64,000 nucleotides of DNA from Sphyrna mokarran (lineage: Eukaryota). Positions 1 through 12,284 of the stretch are shown in pieces (positions within the stretch are counted from its first letter, which is position 1; each line of letters begins with the position of its first letter). The position numbers and the translations under genes are program-made. The stretch is taken from the NCBI GenBank assembly GCA_024679065.1, contig JAGIQG010000016.1:2542001-2606000 (forward strand), read 5' to 3'. The notes under the pieces are model-generated. The model was given only the letters and a program-made list of their open reading frames with translations, was not told where the DNA came from and did not search any database.

Positions 1-402
1 CCCCCTCATTCTGTCTCTCCCCCACACAAGGGGAAACATCTCTACACCGACCCTATCGAAACCCTTTCCGGATTTCAAAGCCCTCGATCGGATCGCCCCC
101 TTTTCTTTCCCAGGGGAAAGAGCTCTGGCCTGTTCAGCCTCTCCTGATCATTCTGACCTCTCAGTCCTGGGATTATTCTTGTTAAATATTTGGTGTAATT
201 ATTCTGTAATCACTGGCCAGTTCAGACTCTTCTTGCTTTTTAATTCCTTGGCCATGTTTTCCCATGTAGTTAGGAAGAGGCCGGACTGGGTGAAAATGGA
301 GGCTGGGCCTGTGGAGCTCAGGGGTTGGATTACAGGATTCCGTGACGATTTTAGTCCAGCAACTCTGAGTCTTGCCTCCCTCTTGTTTTTCCAACATGGC
401 AG

Positions 403-486
403 CTGCCTCCGAGTACAAGAAACTGAAATCGATTTACAAGGAAGCGTTGGATTTTATCAAGAAACGCAGGGCCCTCAAGCCTACAG
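403..486 (+). CDS. SPACA6: SPACA6 internal coding exon (four-helix-bundle region): xASEYKKLKSIYKEALDFIKKRRALKPT
   Basis: Pyrimidine tract plus AG at 401-402 and GT at 487. The 84-nt phase 1-1 exon is amphipathic-helix-like and joins in frame to the next exon. Upstream exons are outside the window. Confidence 0.75.
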
Positions 487-728
487 GTAGAATTCCTCAC
501 CCACTCCATTCGCTGGGCGGGATGTTCCTGCGTGGGTGGAAAATCATTCCGTGAGGGGAAGTGGAGCTGGCAGAGATCTGAGGTGGCACTGGGCAGGGGT
601 GGGATGGGGGGAGCTCGATGGGCTGAATGGCCTCGGGGGGAAATCCAAAGGAGGGAGGGATTTTTGTGTTTATTCATTCGTGGGACGTGGGCATCGCTGG
701 CTGGCCAGCATTTATTGCCCATCCCTTA

Positions 729-1008
729 GGGTGGCACAGTGGTCAGCACTGCTGTTTCACAGCTCCAGGGACCTTCCCAGGTCACTTCCCAGGTTGAGTC
801 CCTGCTTGTGCGGAATCTGCACATTCTCCCCATGTCTGCGTGGGTTTCCTCCGGGTGCACCCATTTCCTTTCACAATCTGAAGGACGGTCTGGTTAGGGT
901 GCATTGAACCAAACAGGTGCTGGAGTGTGGCAACTAGGGGAATTTCACAGTAACTTCATTGCAGTGTTAAGATAAGCCTACTTGTGACTAATAAATAAAC
1001 TTTAACTT
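729..1008 (+). mobile_element. tRNA-derived SINE (HE1/V-SINE-like)
   Basis: ggtggcacagtggtcagcact A-box head, gggtttcctccgggtgc core and aataaataaacttta tail. Confidence 0.88.
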
Positions 1009-1731
1009 TATTTGCCCGAGGGCAGTTCAGAGTCAATCACATTGCTGTGCCTCTGGAGTCACATGTAGGCCAGACCGGGTAAAAATGGCAGATTTCCTTC
1101 CCTAAAGGGAACTGGATGGGTTTTTCTAACAATTGACAATAGTTTCATGGTCATTGTGTAGTCTGTGTTCTTCTTCGAATAGACAGGCTCAACTGGTCTA
1201 AAATAGAACATTCTTTATTGATCATCATTTAAAATTAGCAGAACAGTACACCTTTGAGTGAAACCCCTCTCATCCTTCCCAACTCCAGCAAGTGTCGGCC
1301 TGAAGAATGGCCCCTGATTCTCAAGCCAAAGAATGTAGCCGCTCAGAATAAGGACAGGGTATTGCACAGAAGGAGGCCATTTGTCCCTCTCTGATGTGCT
1401 AGCCCTTCTCTCTGACTGTCCAGTTAGTCCATCGCGTACGTGCTCTCTGACGCCATCGGTTACCCTGTATTTGACAGGGTGATCCTGGTAACTGATCCAT
1501 GCTCTCTCTGTCAATTGCTTAAGCCTGGGTGTGGAGTCAGAGCAAACTGAAGGGACATTGCAGAGACAGCGCTGTAAGCATGGTTTCCGATGTTTTGCGA
1601 TTGGAGATCTATTTAAATTAACCTGCTGTGCATTTAGATACTGGTGTTGTCTTGACAATTCTCAAAAATGCATCAAACCTCCTCAAATCTCCATCACTGA
1701 TAAAATCTCTGATGTGTTCATTTTCCCCTAG

Positions 1732-1800
1732 AATCATACGCAAGTCTCCTCGACAGTGTGGAAAAGGAAGTTCTGTACAAAGTATATCAACTCAAAGAAG
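1732..1800 (+). CDS. SPACA6: SPACA6 exon: ESYASLLDSVEKEVLYKVYQLKE
   Basis: ttttccccTAG acceptor and weak GTTTTT donor; 69 nt, phase 1-1. Ends in QLKE, as recalled for mammalian SPACA6 (…KVITQLKE). Confidence 0.8.
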
Positions 1801-1879
1801 GTTTTTCCTTTTACACCTCCTTTTACACCCGACTAGTCTTCACAGCCCCGTCTCCCCTCCAGCACAATTCCAAGCTCCA

Positions 1880-2515
1880 AGTCCCTCGGTTAGACCCACA
1901 CTGGGAGCACTGTGCACAGTTCCAGTCTCCATATCCCTCGGTTATACCCACACTCGGGGCACTGTGCACAGTTCCGGTCTCCGTATCCCTCGGTTAGACC
2001 CACACTCAGAGCACTGTGCACAGTTCCAGTCTCCATATCCCTCGGTTAGACCCACACTCAGAGCACTGTGCACAGTTCCAGTCTCCATATCCCTCGGTTA
2101 GACCCACACTGGGAGCACTGTGCACAGTTCCGGTCTCCATATCCCTCGGTTAGACCCACACTCGGAGCACTGTGCACAGTTCCGGTCTCCATATCCCTCG
2201 GTTAGACCCACACTCGGAGCACTGTGCACAGTTCCGGTCTCCATATCCCTCGGTTAGACCCACACTCGGAGCACTGTGCACAGTCCCGGTCTCCATATCC
2301 CTCGGTTAGACCCACACTCGGAGCACTGTGCACAGTCCAGTCTCCATATCCCTCGGTTAGACCCACACTCGGAGCACTGTGCACAGTTCCGGTCTCCATA
2401 TCCCTCGGTTAGACCCACACTCGGAGCACTGTGCACAGTTCCAGTCTCCATATCCCTCGGTTAGACCCACACTGGGAGCACTGTGCACAGTTCCAGTCTC
2501 CGTATCCCTCTGTTA
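1880..2515 (+). repeat. 52-bp minisatellite (about 12 copies) derived from CR1 ORF2
   Basis: Unit ccctcggttagacccacactcggagcactgtgcacagttccggtctccatat resembles the CR1 'VRPHLEYCVQFWSPY' coding segment. Confidence 0.9.
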
Positions 2516-2674
2516 AGCCTAATTGAAGTCTTTAAAATTCAGAAAGGGTTTTGATTGTGTCGATGAAGAAAATGTGCTTCCCCTTGTGTGGGAGAGAAAC
2601 CAGAACTAGGGGCCATCAATATGTGACAGTCACGCATAACTCCACTGGGGAAATCAGGTAAAGCTTCTTTACCA

Positions 2675-3445
2675 GAGAGTGGGGAGAATGTGGGACTCGC
2701 TCCCACGGGGAGTAGGGGAGAATGTGGGACTTGCTCCCACGGGGAGTAGGGGAGAATGTGGGACTCGCTCCCACGGGGAGTGGGGGAGAATGTGGGATTC
2801 GCTCCCACGGGGAGTGGGGGAGAATGGGGACTCGCTCCCAGGGAGGGGGAGAATGTGGGACTCGTCCCACGGGGAGAGGGGGAGAATGTGGGACTCGATC
2901 CCACGGGAGTGGGGAGAATGTGGGACTCGCTCCACGGGAGTGGGGGAGAATGTGGGACTCGCACCCACGGGGAGGGGGAGAATGTGGGACTCGCTCCCAC
3001 GGGAGTGGGGAGAATGTGGGACGCCCTCCCACAGGGAGTGGGGGAATGTGGGACGCTCCCAGGGGAGTGGGGAGAATGTGGGACTCGCTCCCACGGGAGT
3101 GGGGGAGAATGTGGGACGCGCTCCTAAGGGAGTGGGGAGAATGTGGGACTCGCTCCCACGGGAGTGGGGGAGAATGTGGGACTCGCTCCCACGGGGAGTG
3201 GGGGAGAATGTGGGACTCGCTCCCACGGGGGAGTGGGGGAGAATGTGGGACTCGCTCCCACAGGGGAGTGGGGGAGAATGTGGGACTCGCTCCCACGGGG
3301 AGAGTGGGGGAGAATGTGGGACTCGCTCCCATGGGGATTGGGGGAGAATGTGGGACTCACTCCCATGGGGAGTGGGGGAGAATGTGGGACTCACTCCCAT
3401 GGGGAGTGGGGGAGAATGTGGGACTCGCTCCTACGGGGAGCAGTT
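2675..3445 (+). repeat. About 33-bp G-rich minisatellite inside a CR1 3' end
   Basis: Unit ggggagaatgtgggactcgctcccacggggagt, flanked by CR1 sequence (2540-2675 and 3445-3590). Confidence 0.92.
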
Positions 3446-3659
3446 GAGATGAATAGTATTAATGTGTTTAGGGGGAATAGAAGGAGATGAGGGAGGGAGG
3501 GAGTGGGAGGAGACTCGTGTGGAGCAGAAACACAGGCACAGAGCAGACGGCCCGAATGGCCTGTCTCTGTGCTGTAATCTGAATCCAATGTACATTACCC
3601 GAAACTGGGTGAGAGATCTTCCTGAATATAATCTCTCTTTCTCTCTCTCTGTGCTGCAG

Positions 3660-3683
3660 CATCACCATGTAATTACACCTGTG
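3660..3683 (+). CDS. SPACA6: SPACA6 24-nt microexon: ASPCNYTC (CxxxC)
   Basis: (CT)n tract plus CAG acceptor and GTAAGT donor; phase 1-1. Corresponds to mammalian AQACIPPC. Confidence 0.85.
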
Positions 3684-3839
3684 GTAAGTCTTTTCATTTG
3701 TACTTACAATAAATAACTTCATTTATCTAGCGCCTGTCATTCCCTCTGGAAATCCCAAAGTGTTTCGCAGACACTGAAGGATATGTGAGGTCACTATTGT
3801 AATGTAGGGTGCGGAGTGGACATTTTGTGCACAGCAAGA

Positions 3840-4632
3840 TCCTATTATTGGGAGCAATAATAGGAAGAGAGATGATTACTGGAATGGGTGTAAATTGAGA
3901 GAGGCGGATACTCAGCGAGACCGTGGAGTCCCCGTGAATCAGTCGTTGAAAGTAAGCGTGCAGGTACAGCAGGCAGTAAAGGAGGCAAATGGTATGTTGG
4001 CCTTCATAGCGAGAGGATTGGAGTACAGGGGTAGGGATGTTTTACTGCAATTGTACAGGGCGTTGGTGAGGCCACACCAGGAGTATTGGGTGCAGTTTTG
4101 GTCTCCTTATCTGAGGAAGGATGTTCCTTGTTATAGAGGGAGCACAGTGAAGGTTTACCAGGCTGATTCCTGGGATGGCAGATCTGTCATATGAGGAGAG
4201 ACTGAGTGGGTTAGGATTATATTCACTGGGGTTTAGAAGAGTGAGGGGGGATCTGATAGAAACTTATAAAATTCACACAGGGTTAGACAGGGTAGATTCA
4301 GAAAGAATGTTCCCAATGGTGGGGGGAGTCCAGAACTAGGGGTCAGAGTTTGAGGATAAGGGATAAACCTTTTAGAACTGAGGTGAGGAGAAATTTCTTC
4401 ACCCAGAGAGTGGGGAATGTGTGGAATTCACTAAGACAGAAAATAGCTCAGGCCAAAACATTGTGTGATTTGAAGAAGAAATTAGATGTAGCTCTCAGGG
4501 CTAAAGGGAAATGGGGGGAAGGGGGTGGGGGGGTCAGGGTATCGAATTTGACGATCAGCCATGATCATAATGAATGGCAGAATGGGTTCGAAGAGCCGAA
4601 TGGCCTCCTCCTGCTTCTAGTTTTTATGTTTC
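3840..4632 (+). mobile_element. CR1 LINE 3' fragment
   Basis: LLQLYRALVRPH.EY.VQFWSPY and RRNFFTQRV.NVWNSL, with frameshifts. Confidence 0.92.
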
Positions 4633-5594
4633 TGAGTGAGAGTGACCCAGATCATCTGTTTTACCAGTGATGCTGGTTGAGGGACAAGTATTGTCTCTGG
4701 CACATTCGCCAGAGAGGAGGTTTTGTGCCGTGCCTCACACAGGCCCCGAGATTCTGTAGATGTTTAATGGTGATATCGCACTCACCAGCAATAGGGCTGT
4801 CACAGTCACCAGTACTTATCCTACAAACATGTCCCACCTCTTCACAGAAGGGAAATTGGACGGAGCTTGACCTTATGCCCCTCAAGGAGATACCAGAGCC
4901 GGAGAGAGACAGAGAGAGAGTGTGAGGTGGAGAGGTTTAAGGAGGGAATTCCAGAGTTTAGGGCTTCCCAGGCAGCTGAAGGCAAGGCCGCCAATGGCGG
5001 AGCGATGGGAATCGGGAGATGCTCAAGAGGCCGGAATTGGAGGAGTAGAGAGATTTCGGAGGGTTGCAGGAGAAAGGAAAGGTTGTAGGGGCTGGAGGAG
5101 GAGACAGAGATAAGAAGATAACAACTAGTAGCTGGAGTTGGCCATCTGGCCCCCCCGAGTCATTCACTTTGATCATGGCTGATCTTTGCATGGACTCAGC
5201 TCCATTTACCCACCCCTCTCATTGGGGTGGGTGGTCTTTGCTATGGGGGGGGGAGGTGGTGGGATTCAGATTCAGAACCCCAGAGGCGCACTGTGCGATT
5301 ACAATCATTGTAATCTCAGGGAGAGTTAGAATCTGTAAAATAATATTGGTGATTGCAGCAATTATAGCAGCCCCTGTTTGTACAGGGTACAGTTCGTGAC
5401 TTGTGTGTGAGCTGTCAGCGAATTGGAACCATGGACATTGCTGCGCCTAAGGCTTTGTGGGATCTTGCTGTCCCCAAAATGGCTACTGCAGGATCTTTTA
5501 CTATGTTCAGTTTGAGGTTCTCTGTGTTTATCTGATAGAGATTCGGGTTATTGTCTATTTTGCTGCCTCCTGTTACTAACCTTCTCTTCCACAG

Positions 5595-5675
5595 GGATTA
5601 ACATGGAATCCTTTTACTTTGACTGCCACTTATGTCAGATGAAAGGTTGTGAAGGCATCTCCTTCGAGTGTCCAA
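5595..5675 (+). CDS. SPACA6: SPACA6 hinge exon: GINMESFYFDCHLCQMKGCEGISFECP
   Basis: cttctcttccaCAG acceptor and GTAGGT donor; 81 nt, phase 1-1. Cys pattern FxCxxCxxxxC…CP is typical of IZUMO1/SPACA6/TMEM95. Confidence 0.9.
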
Positions 5676-5771
5676 GTAGGTCCGCGTTATCCGATTATTG
5701 AACTGTTAATGCACGGATACAGCAGCATCATCACTCAGACTTCCAGGCAACTGTGTACAACAAGGCAGCTT

Positions 5772-6985
5772 ACTAAATACTGACACACTCCCCAAAGAAT
5801 TGTCCCCTGTAAATACTGACACACTCCCCAAAGAATTGTCCCCTGTAAATACTGACACACTCCCCAAAGAATTGTCCCCTGTAAATACTGACACACTCCC
5901 CAAAGAATTGTCCCCTGTAAATACTGATCCACTCCCCAAAGAATTGTCCCCTGTAAATACTGATCCACTCCCCAAAGAATTGTCCCCTGGAAATACTGAT
6001 CCACTCCCCAAAGAATTGTCCCCTGTAAATACTGACACACTGCCCAAAGAATCGCCCCCTGTAAGTACTGATCCACTCCTCAGGGATTCTCCCTGTAAAT
6101 ACTGACACATTCCCCAGGGATCCCCCTGTAAATACCGACACACCCCTGGGGATTCCCCCCTGTAAATACTGACACACCCCTGGGGATTCCCCCCTGTAAA
6201 TACTGACACACTCCCTGGGGATTCCCCCTGTAAATACTGACACACTCTCCGGGGATTCCCCCTGTAAATACCGACACACCCCTGGGGATTCCCCCCTGTA
6301 AATACTGACACACTCTCCGGGATTCCCCCTGTAAATACTGACACACTCCCGGGGATTCCCCCCTGTAAATACTGACACACTCCCCGGGGATTCCCCCCTG
6401 TAAATACTGACACACTCCCCAGGGATTCCCCCTGTAAATACTGACACACTCCCTGGGGATTCCCCCTGTAAATACTGACACACTCTCCGGGGATTCCCCC
6501 TGTAAATACCGACACACCCCTGGGGATTCCTCCCTGTAAATACTGACACACTCCCCGGGGATTCCCCCTGTAAATACTAATGCATTCTCCGGGGATTCCC
6601 CCCTGTAAATACTGACACACTCCCTGGGGATTCCCCCTGTAAATACTGACACACTCCCCGGGGATTCCCCCTGTAAATACCGACACACCACTGGGGATTC
6701 CCCCCTGTAAATACTGACACACTCCCCGGGGATTCCCCCTGTAAATACTAATGCATTCTCCGGGGAATCCTCCTGTAAATACTGACACACTCCCTGGGGA
6801 TTCCCCCTGTAAATACTGACACACTCCCCGGGGATTCCCCCTGTAAATACCGACACACCCCTGGGGATTCCCCCCTGTAAATACTGACACACTCCCCGGG
6901 GATTCCCCCTGTAAATACTAATGCATTCTCCGGGGAATCCTCCTGTAAATACTGACACACTCCCCAGGGATACTCTCTGTAAATA
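5772..6985 (+). repeat. 35-36-bp minisatellite with two subtypes
   Basis: cctgtaaatactgacacactccccaaagaattgtc grading into …ccccggggattccc. Confidence 0.93.
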
Positions 6986-7057
6986 ATGGCACATTTCCCT
7001 ACTTTCTCTCCGTACCTCAGGGGAATCAGAAAAAATATCCCTCTTTCTTAAATGGTG

Positions 7058-7352
7058 GGTGGCACAGTGGCATAGGGGTTAGCACTGCTGCCTCACAGCT
7101 CCAGGGACCTGAGTTTGATTCCTGTCTCCCCATGTCTCAGCAGGTTTCCTCTGGGTGCTCCGGTTTCCTCCCACACTCCAAGCATGTGCGGGTTAGGTGC
7201 ATTGGCCTTACTAAATTGCCCCTTGGTGGCCTGGGATGTGTAGATCAGAGAGATTAGCAGGGTGAATATGTGGGGTTACGGGGATAGGGCTTGGGTGCAG
7301 ACTCGATGGGCCGAATGACCTCCTTCTGCACTATAGGGATTCTATGATTCCA
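7058..7352 (+). mobile_element. tRNA-derived SINE with CR1-type tail
   Basis: A/B boxes, core and gattctatgatt tail. Confidence 0.85.
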
Positions 7353-7394
7353 TGACTTGGCCTCCACAGCTTCCTGGTACGGCAAGCAAGAAAG

Positions 7395-7897
7395 AAGGCA
7401 AATGGTCTTCATAGTTAGAGGATTTAAATGTAGAGATAAGGATGTTTTGCTACAATTGTACAGGGCCTTGGTGAGGCCACACCTGCAGTATTGGGTGCAG
7501 CTTTGGTGTTCTTATCTGAGGAAGGATGTTCCTTGTTATAGAGGGAGCACAGCGAAGGTTTACCAGCTGATTCCTGGGATGGTAGGTCTGTCATATGAGG
7601 AGAGACTGAGTCGGTTAGGATTATATTCACTGAGTTTAGAAGAGTGAGAGGAGATCTGATAGAAACCTATAAAATTCACACAGGGTTAGACAGGGTAGAT
7701 TCAGAGAGAATGTTCCCAATGGTGGGGGGAGGCCAGAACCAGAGGCCATTATTTGAGAATAAGGAGAAATTTCTTTACCCAGAGAGTGGTGAATTTGTGG
7801 AATTCTCTCCCACAGAAAGTAGTTGAGGCCAAAAAGTTGTATGGTTTTAAGAAGAAATTAGATATAGCTCTTGGGGATAAAGGGGTCAGGGGATATG
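7395..7897 (+). mobile_element. CR1 LINE 3' fragment
   Basis: LYRALVRPHLQY, GDLIETYKI and FFTQRVVNLWNSLP. Confidence 0.92.
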
Positions 7898-7954
7898 CTT
7901 CTCATTTCTGTGTTTCTCTGAAAGGGACAAGTTCTGTCCCTTTCAGTCCTCCCC

Positions 7955-8540
7955 AGTTTGGTTTGATTTATGATTGTCACGTGTGGTGTAATACAGCGAA
8001 AAGTATTGTTTCTTGCGCATTATTCTGACAAAGCATACCATTCATAGACTACACAGTGGAGAAGGAAAGGAGGGAGTGCAGAATATAATGTTACAGGCAC
8101 AGATAGGGTGTGGAGAAGAGATCTAAAGCTTAATATAAAGTAAGTCCATTCAAAAGTCTGACGGCAGCAGGGGAGAAGCTGCTCTTGAGCCGCTTGGTAA
8201 GTTTCATCAGACTTTTGTATCTTTTTCCCAATGGAAGAAGTTGGAAGAGAGAATGTCCTGGGTGCGTGGAATCCTTAATTATACCGGCTGCTTTTCCCCG
8301 AGGCAGCGGGAAGTGTAGACAAAGTCAATGGCTGAGAGACTGGTTTGCGTGATGGACTAGGCTATGTTCATGACCCTTTGTAATTCCTTGCTGTCTTGGT
8401 CAGAGCAGGATCCCAGACCAAGCTTTGATACAAACAGAAAGAATGCTTTCTATGGGGCATCTGTATAGGTCAGTGAGAGTTATAGTGCACATGCCCAAAT
8501 TTCCTTAGTCTTCTGAGAAAGTAGAGGGGTTGGTGGGGCT
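7955..8540 (-). mobile_element. Rex1/Babar-type LINE 3' fragment
   Basis: Minus strand encodes PGHSLFQLLP.GKRYKSL….RLKSSF; (ATCAA)n-like tail. Confidence 0.8.
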
Positions 8541-8861
8541 TACACTACATGAGGAAAAGTCTGATGGTTGGTCCGCAAGTTTTTGATTGATCAAGAGGTT
8601 GGTGTGGAAGATGAACCAGGGAACTCTTCATGGCAATCTCTTGACCAATCACAGTGGACATGTCACTTCCTTTGAAATTTGGTATTCTTGTGTGTGTCCT
8701 GATGGATGGCTTCACCTCGTGTCTCAGCAAAACCTTTCTTGAAGCCACATCAGGAGCCAGTGATTAGTATGCCCTGACCCACTCTGATAGTATGTGTTCT
8801 ATTGGTTATCTCACACCAGGGAAATCCAGTCTAATTTGTCTATTCTTGTCCATTCCTGCAG

Positions 8862-8965
8862 TTCAAGATGTAACGGTGAAGGAGACTGGCCATGTGTCTC
8901 TGAAATGTCAGTCCAACTTTACAATCCCCAAGATTGACACAATCACATGGATGTATGCCTCTCAT
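8862..8965 (+). CDS. SPACA6: SPACA6 Ig domain, first half: IQDVTVKETGHVSLKCQSNFTIPKIDTITWMYASH
   Basis: CAG acceptor and GTGAGT donor; 104 nt, phase 1-0. Matches mammalian VQDVTV…C..NF..P…W. Confidence 0.92.
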
Positions 8966-9034
8966 GTGAGTTTTTGACCTTCAACCTTCATTCTTTTGCT
9001 TTCAAAGTTCTCACTTTGCAATTTCCTATTTGTT

Positions 9035-10545
9035 GCAAAATCTAATCTACACCCCTCCCCACTCTCCCCTCCCTGCACCCCCATTGGTCAAAATCTAATC
9101 TACACCCCTCCCCACTCTCCTCTCTCCTGCACCCCATTGGTCAAAATCTAATCTACACCCCTCCCCACTCTCCCCTCCCTGCACCCCCATTGGTCAAAAT
9201 CTAATCTACATGCTCCCCACTCTCGCCTCCCTGCACTGGCATTGGTCAAAATCTAATCTACACCCCTCCCCACTCTCGCCTCCCTGCACTCCCATTGGTC
9301 AAAATCTAATCTACACCCCTCACCAGTCTTGCCTCCCTGCACCCTCATTGGTCAAAATCTAATCTACATCTCCTCACTCTCGCCTCCCTGCACTCCCATT
9401 GGTCAAAATCTAATCTACACCCCTCACCACTCTTGCCTCCCTGTACCCACATTGGTCAAAATCTAATCTACATCCTCCTCACTCTCCCCTCCCTGCACCC
9501 CCATTGGTCAAAATCTAATCTACATGCTCCCCACTCTCGCCTCCCTGCACTGGCATTGGTCAAAATCTAATCTACACCCCTCCCCACTCTCGCCTCCCTG
9601 CACTCCCATTGGTCAAAATCTAATCTACACCCCTCACCAGTCTTGCCTCCCTGCACCCTCATTGGTCAAAATCTAATCTACACCCCTCCCCACTCTCCCC
9701 TCCCTGCACCCCCATTGGTCAAAATCTAATCTACATGCTCCCCACTCTCGCCTCCCTGCACTGGCATTGGTCAAAATCTAATCTACACCCCTCCCCACTC
9801 TGCCTCCCTGCACTCCCATTGGTCAAAATCTAATCTACACCCCTCCCCACTCTCCCCTCCCTGTACCCACATTGGTCAAAATCTAATCTACATCCTCCTC
9901 ACTCTCGCCTCCTGCACTCCCATTGGTCAAAATCTAATCTACACCCCTCCCCACTCTCACCTCCCTGCACTCCATTGGTCAAAATCTAATCTACACCCCT
10001 CCCCACTCTCACCTCCCTGCACTCCCATTGGTCAAAATCTAACCTACACCCCTCCCCACTCTCCCCTCCCTGCACCCCCATTGGTCAAAATCTAATCTAA
10101 ACCCCTCCCCACTCTCCATTCCCTGCACCCGCATTGGTCAAAATCTAATCTACATCCTCCCCACTCTCCCCTCCCTGCACCCGCATTGGTCAAAACCTAA
10201 TCTACATCCCTCCCCACTCTTGTCTCCCTGCCAGCCCATTGGTCAAAATCTAATCTACATCCTCCCCACTCTTTCCTCCCTGCACTCCCATTGGTCAAAA
10301 TTAATCTACACCCCACCCCACTCTCCCCTCCACCCTCCCCTCCCTGCACCACATTGGTCAAAATCTAATCTACACCCCTCCCCACTCTCCCCTCCCTGCA
10401 CCCCCATTGGTCAAAATCTAATCTACACCCCTCCCCACTCTCCCCTCCCTGCACCCTCATTGGTCAAAATCTAATCTACACCCCTCCCCACTCTCCCCTC
10501 CCTGCACCCCCATTGGTCAAAATCTAATCTACATCCTTCCCACCT
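9035..10545 (+). repeat. 53-bp C-rich minisatellite
   Basis: Unit cattggtcaaaatctaatctacacccctccccactctcccctccctgcacccc. Confidence 0.93.
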
Positions 10546-11865
10546 CTATCTAACTCTATATAACACTGTACAACTCTGTATATAATGCTATCTAACTCTA
10601 TATAACACTGTACAGCTCTGTATAGAACTCTATCTAACTCTATATAATACTGTACAGCTCTATATATAATGCTATCTAACTCTATATAATACTGTACAGC
10701 TGTGTATATAATGCTATCTAACTCTATATAACACTGTACAGCTCTGTATATAATGCTATCTAACTCTATATAACACTGTACAGCTCTGTATATAATGCTA
10801 TCTAACTCTATATAACACTTTACAGCTCTGTATATAATGCTATCTAACTCTATATAACACTCTACAGCTCTGCATATAATGCTATCTAACTCTATATAAC
10901 ACTGTACAGCTCTGTATATAATGCTATCTAACTCTATATAACACTGTACAGCTCTGTATATAATGCTATCTAACTCTATATAACACTGTACAGCTCTGTA
11001 TAGAACTCTAACTCTATATAACACTGTACAGCTCTGTGTATAATGCTATCTAACTCTATATAACACTGTACAGCTCTATATATAATGCTATCTAACTCTA
11101 TATAACACTGTACAGCTCTGTATATAATGCTATCTAACTCTATATAACAGTGAACAGCTCTGTATAGAACTCTAACTCTATATAACACTGTACAGCTCTG
11201 TATATAATGCTATCTAACTCTATATAACACTGTACAGCTCTGTATAGAACTCTAACTCTATATAACACTGTACAGCTCTGTTTATAATGCTATCTAACTC
11301 TATATAACACTGTACAGCTCTGTATATAATGCTATCTAACTCTATATAACACTGTACAGCTCTGTATATAATGCTATCTAACTCTATATAACACTGTACA
11401 GCTCTGTATATAATGCTATCTAACTCTATATAACACTTTACAGCTCTGTATATAATGCTATCTAACTCTATATAACACTGTACAGCTCTGTATATAATGC
11501 TAACTCTATATAACACTGTACAGCTCTGTATATAATGCTATCTAACTCTATATAACACTGTACAGCTCTGTTTATAATGCTATCTAACTCTATATAACAC
11601 TGTACAGCTCTGTATATAATGCTATCTAACTCCATATAACACAGTACAGCTATGTATAGAACTCTATCTAACTCTATATAATACTGTACAGCTCTGTATA
11701 TAATGCTAACTCTATATAACACTGTACAGCTCTGTATATAATGCTATCTAACTCTATATAACACTGTACAGCTCTGTATATAATGCTATCTAACTCTATA
11801 TAACACTGTACAGCTCTGTATAGAACTCTATCTAACTCTATATAAATACTGTACACTCTGTATCT
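10546..11865 (+). repeat. 42-bp AT-rich minisatellite
   Basis: Unit ctctatataacactgtacagctctgtatataatgctatctaa; source of the 14-aa periodic ORFs. Confidence 0.93.
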
Positions 11866-11896
11866 AAGTCAAGCTGTATAACTCGTACCATTACAG

Positions 11897-12053
11897 ATCA
11901 GGACAGATGTGATGGCACAGTTTCAGATTCTACACTCCGGTGATGATGATACAATCAGTATCCGCCACGTTAAAATGAGTAATGCTGGTACCTATGCCTG
12001 TGAAGTCATCGAAGCGAATTTAGTCTTACTGAGGCGATTCTTTTATCTCACTG
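11897..12053 (+). CDS. SPACA6: SPACA6 Ig domain, second half: IRTDVMAQF…NAGTYACEVIEANLVLLRRFFYLT
   Basis: CAG acceptor and GTTAGT donor; 157 nt, phase 0-1. Has the GTYxC F-strand and an R-x-F-F/Y-L G-strand like SPACA6 (ARLYFFLNV). Confidence 0.92.
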
Positions 12054-12284
12054 GTTAGTCTCGTTGAAATTCTTCTTCTTCCCTCTGCCTGTCTCTCTCT
12101 CTCTATCTCTCACTCTTGCCCGTCTCTCTCTCTCTTACTCTCTCTCTCTATCCCCCTCTCTTGCCTTACTCTATCTTGTTATCTCTCTCCCTCAGCCACT
12201 CTTTCTCTGTCACGCCTTCTGTCCTTCTTTCCCTTTTCCTCTTGCTGTTTCTCTGTCAATTTCTCTCTGTCAGAGAGATAATGC

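Noticed and set aside
396-398. ATG (MAAASEY) as SPACA6 start codon
   Set aside because: It lies within the acceptor context (AG at 401-402), and the signal peptide and N-terminal CxxC are missing, so upstream exons are expected.
179-490. ORF ending QGPQAYR|gt that resembles the BTG exon end KGQAYR
   Set aside because: No other BTG motif. The alternative frame splices in phase into SPACA6, so the resemblance is coincidental.
729-800. tRNA genes at SINE heads
   Set aside because: A/B boxes continue into SINE core and tail sequence, with no complete cloverleaf.
1880-2515. CRISPR-like regular repeats with a palindrome
   Set aside because: No unique spacers, no cas genes, eukaryotic context; the unit is CR1-derived.
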